From positions 32,001-96,000 of IMG/VR virus record IMGVR_UViG_3300033802_000463: a stretch of DNA of 64,000 nt. One strand, given 5' to 3'. Every line of letters starts with the position of its first letter. Position 1 is the stretch's first letter. The notes beneath the pieces were generated by a model. That model searched no databases. It was not told the DNA's origin and was given only the letters and a program-made list of their open reading frames with translations. The DNA comes from a virus. Position numbers and translations under genes: made by a program. Shown one piece after another: positions 47,534-56,401 of the stretch.

Positions 47534-48142
47534 TTAAGCTTGGGGCTTGACTGCTTTTGCTTGAGCAAGGATCTGCTCAATTTGATTTAGGAATACAGGG
47601 GTGACTTTTTCAAACCGCATTGTATATTGGATCGGCCTAACGGCAATTGGGAACCGATAGTCCGTGATCACCTTATCAGATTCTTGGGCGTAAAAAAGCA
47701 TTTCTTGAACACCGTTTCGCTTGAAATAGCCTTTATACATCTGAATAAAGTCATCAAGCTCATCTACGATGTAATCCGCATCTTCTGCGGACGTGGAATA
47801 AACGGTAAACTCCACCCAAACATCAAAAATTTGACCATAGAGTTGAACATATTGATCTGGAACATAAGGATGACGAATCGTTGTTCGAATCCTTGGTTTA
47901 ATATCCTTGAAATCCTGATTCACCAGGCGCCGCAAAATCTTGAATGTAATCAAAGGAAATTCAGCTTCATCATCCAATGGTGTGTCCCGCTTAATGATTC
48001 CAGGCTTGCCAGCCAACTTCCATAGTCGATTCAGATCGTCAATGAAGCTTAGGAATGTGGCGGCTTTTTCCGATCGGAGCCGAGCATCAAGGTAAGGATC
48101 TTGCTCCGGATCATAGCCGTCTGCATAGATTTCCTGATTCAT
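47534..48142 (-). CDS. Tail terminator/completion-like protein
   Basis: Directly upstream of the sheath gene. FPLITF...FDVWVEFTVYSTS..DAD......F...RPIQYTMR pattern. Confidence 0.6.
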   Translation of the reverse strand: MNQEIYADGYDPEQDPYLDARLRSEKAATFLSFIDDLNRLWKLAGKPGIIKRDTPLDDEAEFPLITFKILRRLVNQDFKDIKPRIRTTIRHPYVPDQYVQLYGQIFDVWVEFTVYSTSAEDADYIVDELDDFIQMYKGYFKRNGVQEMLFYAQESDKVITDYRFPIAVRPIQYTMRFEKVTPVFLNQIEQILAQAKAVKPQA

Positions 48143-49173
48143 CTTCTCACCCTCACTTGTACCGTAGAACTCATGCGATACACCGAAAATATAGGCACAA
48201 TCTCAATATCGGTGCGCATATAAGGACCATCAGCATAGACTTCAAAAGTTCCAGATGTAATGCGATTCAAATCAATATAAGATTGAATCGTACTTGCAGC
48301 AATGAGCCGCAAATCCTCAAGAACAGGAATATATCCAACGCGCCCCACCAAAAGATCCTGCTTCTCGGCAATCTCTTGAATAAGCCATTGTGCGATTCGA
48401 AAATTCGCAATGTGCTTATGCGCACTGCCTGGTGTGGAGACCGCACAGCTTGATGTTGCACATACAACGCCTTTCTTGAATGTTTTTTTGAAACACACAA
48501 TTCCGGCCGCACCAAGCTCATCTATTTCTTTATTGCTATATTCGGTTGCGAGTTCTACATCAAGAGTTTTATTAACAGGACTGATTTCAGGATTCAGTGA
48601 AGACAAGAACCCGGCATATACCGCGGCAGCTTTCTTCTCCTTCATCTGATCAGCAACGACGGAAAGATATTTTCCTTGCTCCTCGATGCCATCTTCAACA
48701 GGAACTGACAATTTCATGATTGGAATATATAACTCCCGAAGGTTGTCCATTTCCTTTGATCCAGCATCGAAAAAACCATGGATGAGCTGCCCCATCTCCT
48801 CTTTTTCTTTGGCGAACGCAATAAACGATGAAATCAGCGAACCTGCTTCTGAAAAAGTGAGCCCATCATTGTAAATCAGGTCGAATGGAAATTTAATCAG
48901 ATAACCCCATGCTTTTTGAAAAGCATTTGGTTCAATCCTCATCAGATAAACCCCAGAACTGTTGCCGGCAGCCACATCATTCAGACGATCGATCAGCGGA
49001 CCAGAGCCAAATACTGCCTTGGCAATCTCTACATTAGAGATGGGAATTGGGTTGTATAATTCGCCTTGGGTTGACTCGCCAAGAAGCACAAGTCGCTTTC
49101 CTGTCGGCAAATACGTGGAGAAGTAGCTGTTTGGCAACTGGATATACTCAATGCTCTGTGAGGGCTGCATCAT
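48139..49173 (-). CDS. Short tail-sheath paralog (~344 aa)
   Basis: LVLLGESTQGELYNP...AKAVFG, GKYLSVV, AAVYAGFLSSLNPEISPVN, IANFRI, IEIVPIF all mirror motifs of the 932-aa sheath. Confidence 0.7.
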   Translation of the reverse strand: MMQPSQSIEYIQLPNSYFSTYLPTGKRLVLLGESTQGELYNPIPISNVEIAKAVFGSGPLIDRLNDVAAGNSSGVYLMRIEPNAFQKAWGYLIKFPFDLIYNDGLTFSEAGSLISSFIAFAKEKEEMGQLIHGFFDAGSKEMDNLRELYIPIMKLSVPVEDGIEEQGKYLSVVADQMKEKKAAAVYAGFLSSLNPEISPVNKTLDVELATEYSNKEIDELGAAGIVCFKKTFKKGVVCATSSCAVSTPGSAHKHIANFRIAQWLIQEIAEKQDLLVGRVGYIPVLEDLRLIAASTIQSYIDLNRITSGTFEVYADGPYMRTDIEIVPIFSVYRMSSTVQVRVRR

Positions 49174-49630
49174 CTTCACTACCTTTGTAGATCGACCGTG
49201 TATACACCTGATAAAATTCGACCCGACCATTCTTCCCTCGCTTCACTGCTGAATAACTAATTTCCTGTTTATCCAAAATGCGAATCGGGTTGTTTCCTTT
49301 CCATTCAATTTCGAGGATCAAATCGTTATCTTTTGGGTTCACATCATGCTCGAAATAGTAGATGTATGCTTTGGGAACCAGTCGGCCCGCCGGCGTCCCC
49401 TGGTTCACCCCTGAAAGCGTCATCGGCTCTGAATTGGGTCTTCGGAACGTTCGGATCTTATGAATGGTCACGCAATAACCGGTCCCGTAGCATTTGGGGC
49501 ATCCACCTCCAGACTCCCCGCTTCTTTCCACATAACATTCGCATCGAAACCTTATGTCACGCCTTACATAGATCACCGGATAACCGACTTGATCCAGAAG
49601 CTTGGCAAGATCAGCGCGCAAATCACGCAT
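49148..49630 (-). CDS. Neck/head-closure-like protein with CxC...CxxCxGxG zinc motif
   Basis: RCECY...CPKCYGTGY, YYFEHDVNPKDNDLILE. Neck position. Confidence 0.6.
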   Translation of the reverse strand: MRDLRADLAKLLDQVGYPVIYVRRDIRFRCECYVERSGESGGGCPKCYGTGYCVTIHKIRTFRRPNSEPMTLSGVNQGTPAGRLVPKAYIYYFEHDVNPKDNDLILEIEWKGNNPIRILDKQEISYSAVKRGKNGRVEFYQVYTRSIYKGSEDDAALTEH

Positions 49631-50424
49631 CAGAATCCACCCCTATCATCTGGCGTTACCGTGTTTCTTCGGAATCCAGCAGAAATCGGAGCTGCGTATC
49701 CACGGCGATCACGGTTCATCAAATGATCCGTCCAGTATTTCGTTTGCAATTCCACTTCATTCATCATGGCCTTAATCGCATCCAAGACCCCGGCCCCGAT
49801 CAGCTTCGGATCCGCTTTCTCGGAAACGCTCAAATCGCCAAGTGAAGTCATCAGTTCGCTGGAAATACTGAACTCAGGATCGCCAAGTTTCATTTTCTCA
49901 GCAAGCCGAATGTAGAGCGTTCCAAGCAAAAATCTGGCTGCCTCATAAGGCACATATCGCGTGACACCAAAATATTCGGTCCTTGAATCCAGGAGCGGCC
50001 GAAAACGCGGACTATTCACGTCAGGATGCATATTCAGAAGCACATAAGCCTTTTGTCCGGCGTCTCGAAGCGCAACATACACTTCATGAATCGTAAAATA
50101 ATCACACAAACTCTTCATGATGTTTTGCACTTCAAGGAGCTGGTTGCCAAAAAGAGGACCATACTGACTGGTAAAGATCTTCTTGATCTTTTCCTTCGGG
50201 CTTAGTCCAGATTCTGACTTCACAGATGTATCTACAACAACCGTATAGGTATGGTTGTACTGGAAGCCGTCTCTTGGCCTGAAAACCAGTTTCCTTGCCT
50301 TAACATCGGACAGCTTTGCATCCTCTAAAGTCATTCTTGTGCCATCTGCGGTTTCCACATAAATAGTGCCCGGCATTCCATATACTGCAGAAGGTGTGAA
50401 TGATTCAACAGGAATATTTAACAT
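49630..50424 (-). CDS. Head-tail adaptor-like protein with N-terminal partial Ig-like segment
   Basis: GGGAGGTGA RBS before MLNIP. LVFRP...YNHTYTVVVD..VKS..G (Ig-like C-half) then a helical adaptor-like region with SLGDLSVS. Confidence 0.6.
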   Translation of the reverse strand: MLNIPVESFTPSAVYGMPGTIYVETADGTRMTLEDAKLSDVKARKLVFRPRDGFQYNHTYTVVVDTSVKSESGLSPKEKIKKIFTSQYGPLFGNQLLEVQNIMKSLCDYFTIHEVYVALRDAGQKAYVLLNMHPDVNSPRFRPLLDSRTEYFGVTRYVPYEAARFLLGTLYIRLAEKMKLGDPEFSISSELMTSLGDLSVSEKADPKLIGAGVLDAIKAMMNEVELQTKYWTDHLMNRDRRGYAAPISAGFRRNTVTPDDRGGF

Positions 50425-50725
50425 ACTGCCATCACCTCCCATGAAATTTCGGCTTGAATCTTTTGGCGATGGCGATGTAATCACCGGGCAAAAACATAAA
50501 AACAGCCTGAAAGCAGATTCTTTGGCCTGTTTCTTCCAGTGTAACACGCGCAACGCCATAATGACTATTTTCATCAAAATAATTCAAGGGATACCGTACA
50601 TGCAAAATCATTGGAATCACAGCAATATCCTAGCTTTAGTCAATAATTCTAAAATAATCATTGAGTTTTTGCTGTATTCTCGAACGATTTCACTGCACCA
50701 TCACCCTTCTTCATCGTTATGTAAC

Positions 50726-50748
50726 GCTCTCCAAAACACTTGGAGAGC
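50726..50748. other. Perfect 9-bp hairpin after the Ig/FN3 gene
   Basis: GCTCTCCAA-AACAC-TTGGAGAGC. Confidence 0.5.
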
Positions 50749-50755
50749 ATAATTG

Positions 50756-51667
50756 TTAATTCCTTTGAGCTATGACATAAAAGCTGCTGCTGTTAATGGT
50801 GGACAGATCCAGATCGTCATCAAACTCAACCACGATCTCAGTTAACGGATTATTCGTGATGTCATACGAGATAGGAACGTTCACTTCCTGATCGGCCGGC
50901 GTCATTGAAACAACGTTGAGTGATTCCTCTTCTTCTTCTGAGCCGCCAAGTTCATCTTTGATCTGTTCCAACTCCTCATCGAGACCATCCGAACAACCCG
51001 GATCGGATCCATTTGGAGGCTCAGGATCTGGATGTTGATGCTGTGAGGATTTCTCCACATAGAACTGGATCGGCTTGGAGTACGAACTTTTCTCTCCGCT
51101 GTGATTCACCGTGCGGATACGTGCATAATAGTTGCCAGGCTCATAAGAAATATCGGGAGTTACTTGTGTCTCATAAACGCGTGATTCGCCCCGCGGCCAT
51201 ACCAACACATCAAATGTATTGCTCCGAGAAATCTCCAACTCATAGAAGTAAGCTTTTTCTGCCGCATTCCAGGCAAACGACACAGGACCGGTCAAGGAGG
51301 TTTGATGTGCAGGAGCGGTAAGTACCGGCGGCTTAATGTGATCAACGTCGGCAGTATAAAACTCAAAAAGATAGGATTGTTCAAGGAACCGGCCAGTAAT
51401 ATCCTTAATCCCGTTCTTACCCCCAACAAGCTCAATCTGATAGTGCGTATTTGGACTAAGCTTGTTTTCGGGCTTAATCAGGAGAACTTTATTCCGGTAT
51501 TCAAGTGTAATCGATTCGCTTCTTTGCTCTTCGACATTAAGCAAGATCACATTTTGCGGCAAAATGGTATCTGTAACAATGTCGATGACAAAGTAAATCT
51601 CTATCGTAACATCTTGCGGGACGGCCACCGCGAGATGATTGGGAAAAGTTCTTAATACGAACTTCAT
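50756..51667 (-). CDS. Ig-like (Big_5-type) + FN3 domain virion protein
   Basis: VLRTFP...VP....I.I.F...LLIKP...L.PNT.Y...GIKD..G..L...Y.F.F.T, then an FN3-like W....A..YELEIS...YYARIR segment. Confidence 0.7.
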   Translation of the reverse strand: MKFVLRTFPNHLAVAVPQDVTIEIYFVIDIVTDTILPQNVILLNVEEQRSESITLEYRNKVLLIKPENKLSPNTHYQIELVGGKNGIKDITGRFLEQSYLFEFYTADVDHIKPPVLTAPAHQTSLTGPVSFAWNAAEKAYFYELEISRSNTFDVLVWPRGESRVYETQVTPDISYEPGNYYARIRTVNHSGEKSSYSKPIQFYVEKSSQHQHPDPEPPNGSDPGCSDGLDEELEQIKDELGGSEEEEESLNVVSMTPADQEVNVPISYDITNNPLTEIVVEFDDDLDLSTINSSSFYVIAQRN

Positions 51668-51975
51668 TGCTGCGGATCCATGGTTTTATAGTTTACGACG
51701 ATCACCGCACGATCAGATGGCGCTTCAGCAAAGACAATGACCTTTCCATTGATCACATAGTCTTTATCTACGCCACGCATCATGAACATGCCGTCTTTGA
51801 AGATTTGTTCACTTTGCGGGATCGGCGTGTTACTCAAAACAAATTGCTTATTTTCGCCGTCTTTTACACCCATTGGCTCTTCCTGGCTGATCTGACGGGT
51901 GCCTGAAAACTCTGGCATAACGCCAATTTTCACACGATACTGCGGGAACCTATCATGCTGAACGACTCTTGCCAT
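51664..51975 (-). CDS. Small virion structural protein (103 aa)
   Basis: EEPMGVKDGENKQFVLSN.P......DY.I....IVF.EAP.....V.Y is the same module found in 54305..56401 (EEPQGVIDGVNRVFTL). Confidence 0.65.
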   Translation of the reverse strand: MARVVQHDRFPQYRVKIGVMPEFSGTRQISQEEPMGVKDGENKQFVLSNTPIPQSEQIFKDGMFMMRGVDKDYVINGKVIVFAEAPSDRAVIVVNYKTMDPQQ

Positions 51976-51987
51976 ATCCTTCCCTCC

Positions 51988-52500
51988 CTATTTCCACTGT
52001 ACGCAGAAATCGTAAACAACCGGCCGAACTGTTCCTTTATACAAGCAATCGACCTTGATCTGAAGAAATTTGGTCGGCGCCGGCAAATAAATGGGTTCGT
52101 CCAAATTGCACGGAATCCATGGGCCGGCCGACCCTGTTCGATAATTGAATTGGACCTTCGCATCATTGGCCGGATCTTCTTCAATATTGCCGTACAGGTA
52201 AATTTCGCTTGTTGGAGCAGGCAGTTCCAAGAGGGTAGTGATCCAAGAGTCGGCATTAATCGAGTACGACAGTGGGTTTAGCACTGCCGTACTCGACGGA
52301 TCGCGACGACTCGTATCGATGAAGGGTTCGGCGAAGTACATTTGATAAGGCGACACCATCAGCAACATGTCATAGCGCTCATACATGGTTTTGAGCTTGA
52401 TCGCTTGTGAGATGTTGGATTGCATGGTATTCAGATGGAAGTCATGCAATACCTGGCCATCCAGAAAGCTGATCCGCTTCATGTAGTTGCCTGTTGCCAT
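51988..52500 (-). CDS. Hypothetical virion structural protein (170 aa)
   Basis: ORF with RBS in the structural operon. N-terminal F.DGQVL....LN.MQ motif. Confidence 0.6.
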   Translation of the reverse strand: MATGNYMKRISFLDGQVLHDFHLNTMQSNISQAIKLKTMYERYDMLLMVSPYQMYFAEPFIDTSRRDPSSTAVLNPLSYSINADSWITTLLELPAPTSEIYLYGNIEEDPANDAKVQFNYRTGSAGPWIPCNLDEPIYLPAPTKFLQIKVDCLYKGTVRPVVYDFCVQWK

Positions 52501-52518
52501 TATCCTTCACCGCCTATC

Positions 52519-54285
52519 TTAGAATGTGACCGACCACGTAATCCGCATGCCTGTGTTTTTATCTTTGGTAACCGGACCAATACCGGAAATATTGAACATC
52601 TTGCCTGCTGTTTGCTCAGTGAACATGGCCACTTGATAAATGTCGTGGGTCTCTTTGTACCACTTGTAGGAGATCGCCAGCGTATCACCTGTCGCTACAG
52701 CAATATTCAGGATGATTTGCGCTCCATCTGCAGACAGATTGTAGTCTGTGCCTTCAGTAAGCTCGGTCGTTCCTTTTTTGACCGAATCGATAACGAATTT
52801 CCCGCTTCCGTCTTTCGCTACCGGATGCTGCAGCGAATACGTGGTTTGCCCTGTGTTCATCGGAATTAATTCCTGATGGCTTGTGAGCATCGGGCCGGGA
52901 ATCCCCTTCGGGAAGTCCGCGACAAATTGAACAGTTGTGCCGGAGTTAATCCGATATTGGAACGTGAGCTGCCCAGGCTTATCGACAGGCGGCGCAGGAT
53001 TTAGCGGGTCTTTCCCTTTGGGTTCTGTTGAGAACTGCACAATGCCTTTGCTCGGGTTGAGCAGCCATACATCCCCATTTCCAACCACAAGACCGCCATT
53101 AGTGATTTGATAGGCTGTTACCTTGCCATTCAAATCTTCGTGCGTCACGCTGATCAGTTCCAAAACCGGACCTTGCGACAAACTAAAGATGGTGTAGTTC
53201 ACATTCTCTCGGACCTTGTAACGCACCTCAATGACGTTGCCTTCCGTCAGTTCCGTGTTAAATTTGATAGTTGCCCTATTTGCATCTTGAATGGCTACAT
53301 TCTCGGTAAGATCAACCGGATTTTCCGAATCGGTTACATCTGTCACGCTGACCAAATCGGTCAGCAGCCTGCCGGCCGCACCGGAGAGTACATATGTGTC
53401 TTCTGTCGTTGCAGTGATTGTGTCTGTTACTTCAACCTTGGCCATGACTTGCGTCGGAAATACTTCCACTTCCGGCTCACCGGTGCCAATCGGAGCGGGA
53501 TAACGAATCAGTTGACGGCAGCCTTCAAATTCGGCATCCATAAACGTCTTCATTTTGTCGAGATTCGAAAATTCCACCGGTTTGTAATCCGGGTGACCTT
53601 CCGGCTTGCCGCCAAGCCCCATGAACCCGAGACCATAAGCAACTTTGTACACGTAGCTGACCGATACACCCGATTTCGCAGATTCAAAATAAACTTTGCC
53701 GGCGCCGTAATCGATTGTGTACGTTTTGTTTGCATCCGATGGTTCGGTTCCGCGCATGTAAGCCACTCCGCCAACCGTGACCGTTTCTGTACCGGCCACA
53801 ATCTCCACATAGGGATTGTATACGCGCCGGTACTCAACGGTAACTCGGCCTTTGGGCGCGACAGCAAAATACAGGATACCCGCATCTGCATCTTTCAGAA
53901 ATACATCCTGATCGATGACTTGCTCCACATCGTCCACGAGAACTTTCTTGAGCTGAACGATATTGGTTACATTCGTCAGCACCAAATCTTGATTCGTATT
54001 CGTGGAACCCAAATCGACGGTATAGCTGCCATCGATTTGCGGCTGCAGCGACAAGTTGAAGCAATATTTCCCGTCCGGATCGGCCGTCAGATTGGATGAA
54101 CCTTCATCCGTCTGATTGGCCCGAACCGTTTTCTTGGGATCCGCAAAAGCGGCACCCACAATTTCATTTGCCGAAAGCACGACAAGGTTTTTCTTTTCTT
54201 TGGTGAAGAACACTTCACCATTCTCGTCGTAGAGCTCAAGCTTTACGTGTCCCTTTGCGTTAATGAAAGCATCGTCTCTCAACAT
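52519..54285 (-). CDS. Virion structural protein, paralog of 54305..56401
   Basis: N-terminal KGHVKLE....NLVV.SA.EI...F.DP and C-terminal K....GMRITWSVTF are shared with the upstream gene. Repeated Y.ID...G...F modules. Confidence 0.7.
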   Translation of the reverse strand: MLRDDAFINAKGHVKLELYDENGEVFFTKEKKNLVVLSANEIVGAAFADPKKTVRANQTDEGSSNLTADPDGKYCFNLSLQPQIDGSYTVDLGSTNTNQDLVLTNVTNIVQLKKVLVDDVEQVIDQDVFLKDADAGILYFAVAPKGRVTVEYRRVYNPYVEIVAGTETVTVGGVAYMRGTEPSDANKTYTIDYGAGKVYFESAKSGVSVSYVYKVAYGLGFMGLGGKPEGHPDYKPVEFSNLDKMKTFMDAEFEGCRQLIRYPAPIGTGEPEVEVFPTQVMAKVEVTDTITATTEDTYVLSGAAGRLLTDLVSVTDVTDSENPVDLTENVAIQDANRATIKFNTELTEGNVIEVRYKVRENVNYTIFSLSQGPVLELISVTHEDLNGKVTAYQITNGGLVVGNGDVWLLNPSKGIVQFSTEPKGKDPLNPAPPVDKPGQLTFQYRINSGTTVQFVADFPKGIPGPMLTSHQELIPMNTGQTTYSLQHPVAKDGSGKFVIDSVKKGTTELTEGTDYNLSADGAQIILNIAVATGDTLAISYKWYKETHDIYQVAMFTEQTAGKMFNISGIGPVTKDKNTGMRITWSVTF

Positions 54286-54304
54286 GGATATGTCCCCTCC
54301 TGTA

Positions 54305-56401
54305 TTAGAATCCGCCAGTAAACGGTTGTCCATCTTTATTGAGCAGCGTGATTGTCCACGTTACGCGGATGCCCGTAGATACTTCTTTGCGAGTTTCGCC
54401 GACGCGCACCAAGGAAAATGCATCAACCGGATAATTATTGAACCCTTCGATTTTGTCATCGGCACGCGGCCCGTCAAACAAACCCATTTCACGGATCGTA
54501 ACTTGATAATTCGGCACATTCTCCGGAAACTCCGCGATGAAGCTGACCGAACCTTTGTCCAGCTGATACCACGGATACGCCGTTCCGGCTTTCGGCTTCT
54601 CGATAACCGCACGGGCATAGCCAGTAGGCACACCAGGGACTTCATCCGATGTCATGAAGATCTCATAAGCCGCAATTTCATTACCTTCGCTGTTGCGATT
54701 GCTTACAATGATCTTTTTGTTGTTTGCATCGACCTTGAATGTACCCTTGCCAAACTGATTATCGTCGGTTACCAGAGTAAGCTCTTTTCCGGTCCCGTAC
54801 TCCAACACCTGAACCGTATTTGGCACATGCTCCAAATCAATTTCTTTGGAAGGTGTTGTGTTTTGATAGTCAACCAGCAGTGATTCACCTGCTTTCGGCT
54901 TCTTATTCTCATTAAAGGTGATCTTGCCGTTTGCGTTGTCCACCACATAATCCGAAGGTGCCACAATTACCGGTTCTTCACTGTCTGCAGGGATTTTTCG
55001 AACCACAACACTTCCTGCAACCAAATTTTGATTGGCCAGCGTAAAGACGCGGTTCACGCCATCGATAACACCTTGCGGCTCTTCTCCTTCCACAGAACGT
55101 GTTACCATTCCGGAAGTGAGCCCAGAAGCTTGCCGGGTCAGATAGAGTTCTCCGGTCACGTTGTAGGTGACGAGCAGATTGGACAACGAACGGTTGAAGT
55201 AGACCTTTCCATACTTTGGATCGACATAGTATTTCCCTTCAGCCAATTCTGACAGATCGTTGACCGGTTCCAGCTTCACAGAGTTATATTCAACATTCAA
55301 GCTTTCCGGAACAATCGGGAAATGCTCCAGCTGAATATAGAACGGGGCCACCGTCGTAGTACTGTAAAAAGTCGGCGTATCAAACGTTCGGGTGAAAGAC
55401 TCGAACTCATGAATGAGGGCGTTCATGTCCTTGCTCAGCGCATCAAAACGAAGAGAAGTGATCACCACTTTCGGCTCAGCCACGGATTCGTCAGCGCCGC
55501 TAAATACGATGTTGATTTCTGTTTCTGCTTCATGGTTCAACGCATTGTATTCTTTGAACCCTTCCACCGGCTCATCCAGGGTTGAGTCCAGCGTTTCAAT
55601 GGTATCTTTCAGCACGCCGTTGATATATACGCTGATCTGGCCACCTGTATTGGACTTCTGATAGCCAAGCACAAAGTTGCTGATTTTCTCCTTGAACGAA
55701 AGGCTTTCTCCCATCTCAGCAGCAACTTTATGGCCATCTTCATCCGACCAATTTGCGGAATAGGTCAGGCGAGTGTCGCTCAAATCAACAGCATAGTTTT
55801 TGCCGTCGCCGATACCGATAAACAAGTTGGTGTGCGTGCTGTAGATCTCCGAACCGATCGGAATGCAGCCTGAAACATCATTCTTGGCGTGAATCGTAAA
55901 GGCCTTCTTGCCAACTTCGGATACATCCGGCGTTTCTTCTTTGAGGTATACCGTGTGCGGCCGGTAACTGTAAAACACGTCGAAATCCTTGTCATCGACA
56001 ACGCGCCAGAAAATGTTCGGCGCAAAGTTCAGCTGATCAACGCCGTTTTCGACTCTGGAGATGGTATCGCTAAGGCCGATATGATATTTCGGTGAAACGC
56101 CGTTTTTCGGAATGCGAACTTTGTACAGGATCTGATCGGGATCTCCGGAAAATGCGCGCAGCAAAATTTCTTCTGCACCCTTCACGACCAGGTTTGCTTG
56201 ATCGGCAAGTACGCCCGTCACATGGCCGTTCGAGTCAATGGTTTCAATTTTAATATGTCCCTTCGGCGCAAACTCAAATGTGTCATGAAGTCCCGTTTTT
56301 GCTTTACCGCCAACAACTTGATTGAATTTGGCCATGAGCTCCCTCTTTTTCTCACCTTCAGGAAGCATGCCGATCAACTTTTTGATGACATTGAGGTTCA
56401 T
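54305..56401 (-). CDS. Virion structural protein (698 aa)
   Basis: KGHIKIE...NLVVKGAEEI...FSGDP and C-terminal K...GIRVTWTITL. Beta-rich repeats. Confidence 0.7.
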   Translation of the reverse strand: MNLNVIKKLIGMLPEGEKKRELMAKFNQVVGGKAKTGLHDTFEFAPKGHIKIETIDSNGHVTGVLADQANLVVKGAEEILLRAFSGDPDQILYKVRIPKNGVSPKYHIGLSDTISRVENGVDQLNFAPNIFWRVVDDKDFDVFYSYRPHTVYLKEETPDVSEVGKKAFTIHAKNDVSGCIPIGSEIYSTHTNLFIGIGDGKNYAVDLSDTRLTYSANWSDEDGHKVAAEMGESLSFKEKISNFVLGYQKSNTGGQISVYINGVLKDTIETLDSTLDEPVEGFKEYNALNHEAETEINIVFSGADESVAEPKVVITSLRFDALSKDMNALIHEFESFTRTFDTPTFYSTTTVAPFYIQLEHFPIVPESLNVEYNSVKLEPVNDLSELAEGKYYVDPKYGKVYFNRSLSNLLVTYNVTGELYLTRQASGLTSGMVTRSVEGEEPQGVIDGVNRVFTLANQNLVAGSVVVRKIPADSEEPVIVAPSDYVVDNANGKITFNENKKPKAGESLLVDYQNTTPSKEIDLEHVPNTVQVLEYGTGKELTLVTDDNQFGKGTFKVDANNKKIIVSNRNSEGNEIAAYEIFMTSDEVPGVPTGYARAVIEKPKAGTAYPWYQLDKGSVSFIAEFPENVPNYQVTIREMGLFDGPRADDKIEGFNNYPVDAFSLVRVGETRKEVSTGIRVTWTITLLNKDGQPFTGGF

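Noticed and set aside
19799-48142. Tailocin or extracellular contractile injection system
   Set aside because: Capsid, prohead protease and portal-like genes are in the same operon, indicating a complete phage.
50432-50620. 62-aa minus ORF, and the extended 50577 start of the adaptor gene
   Set aside because: No good RBS for either. A strong GGGAGGTGA RBS supports the start at 50424.
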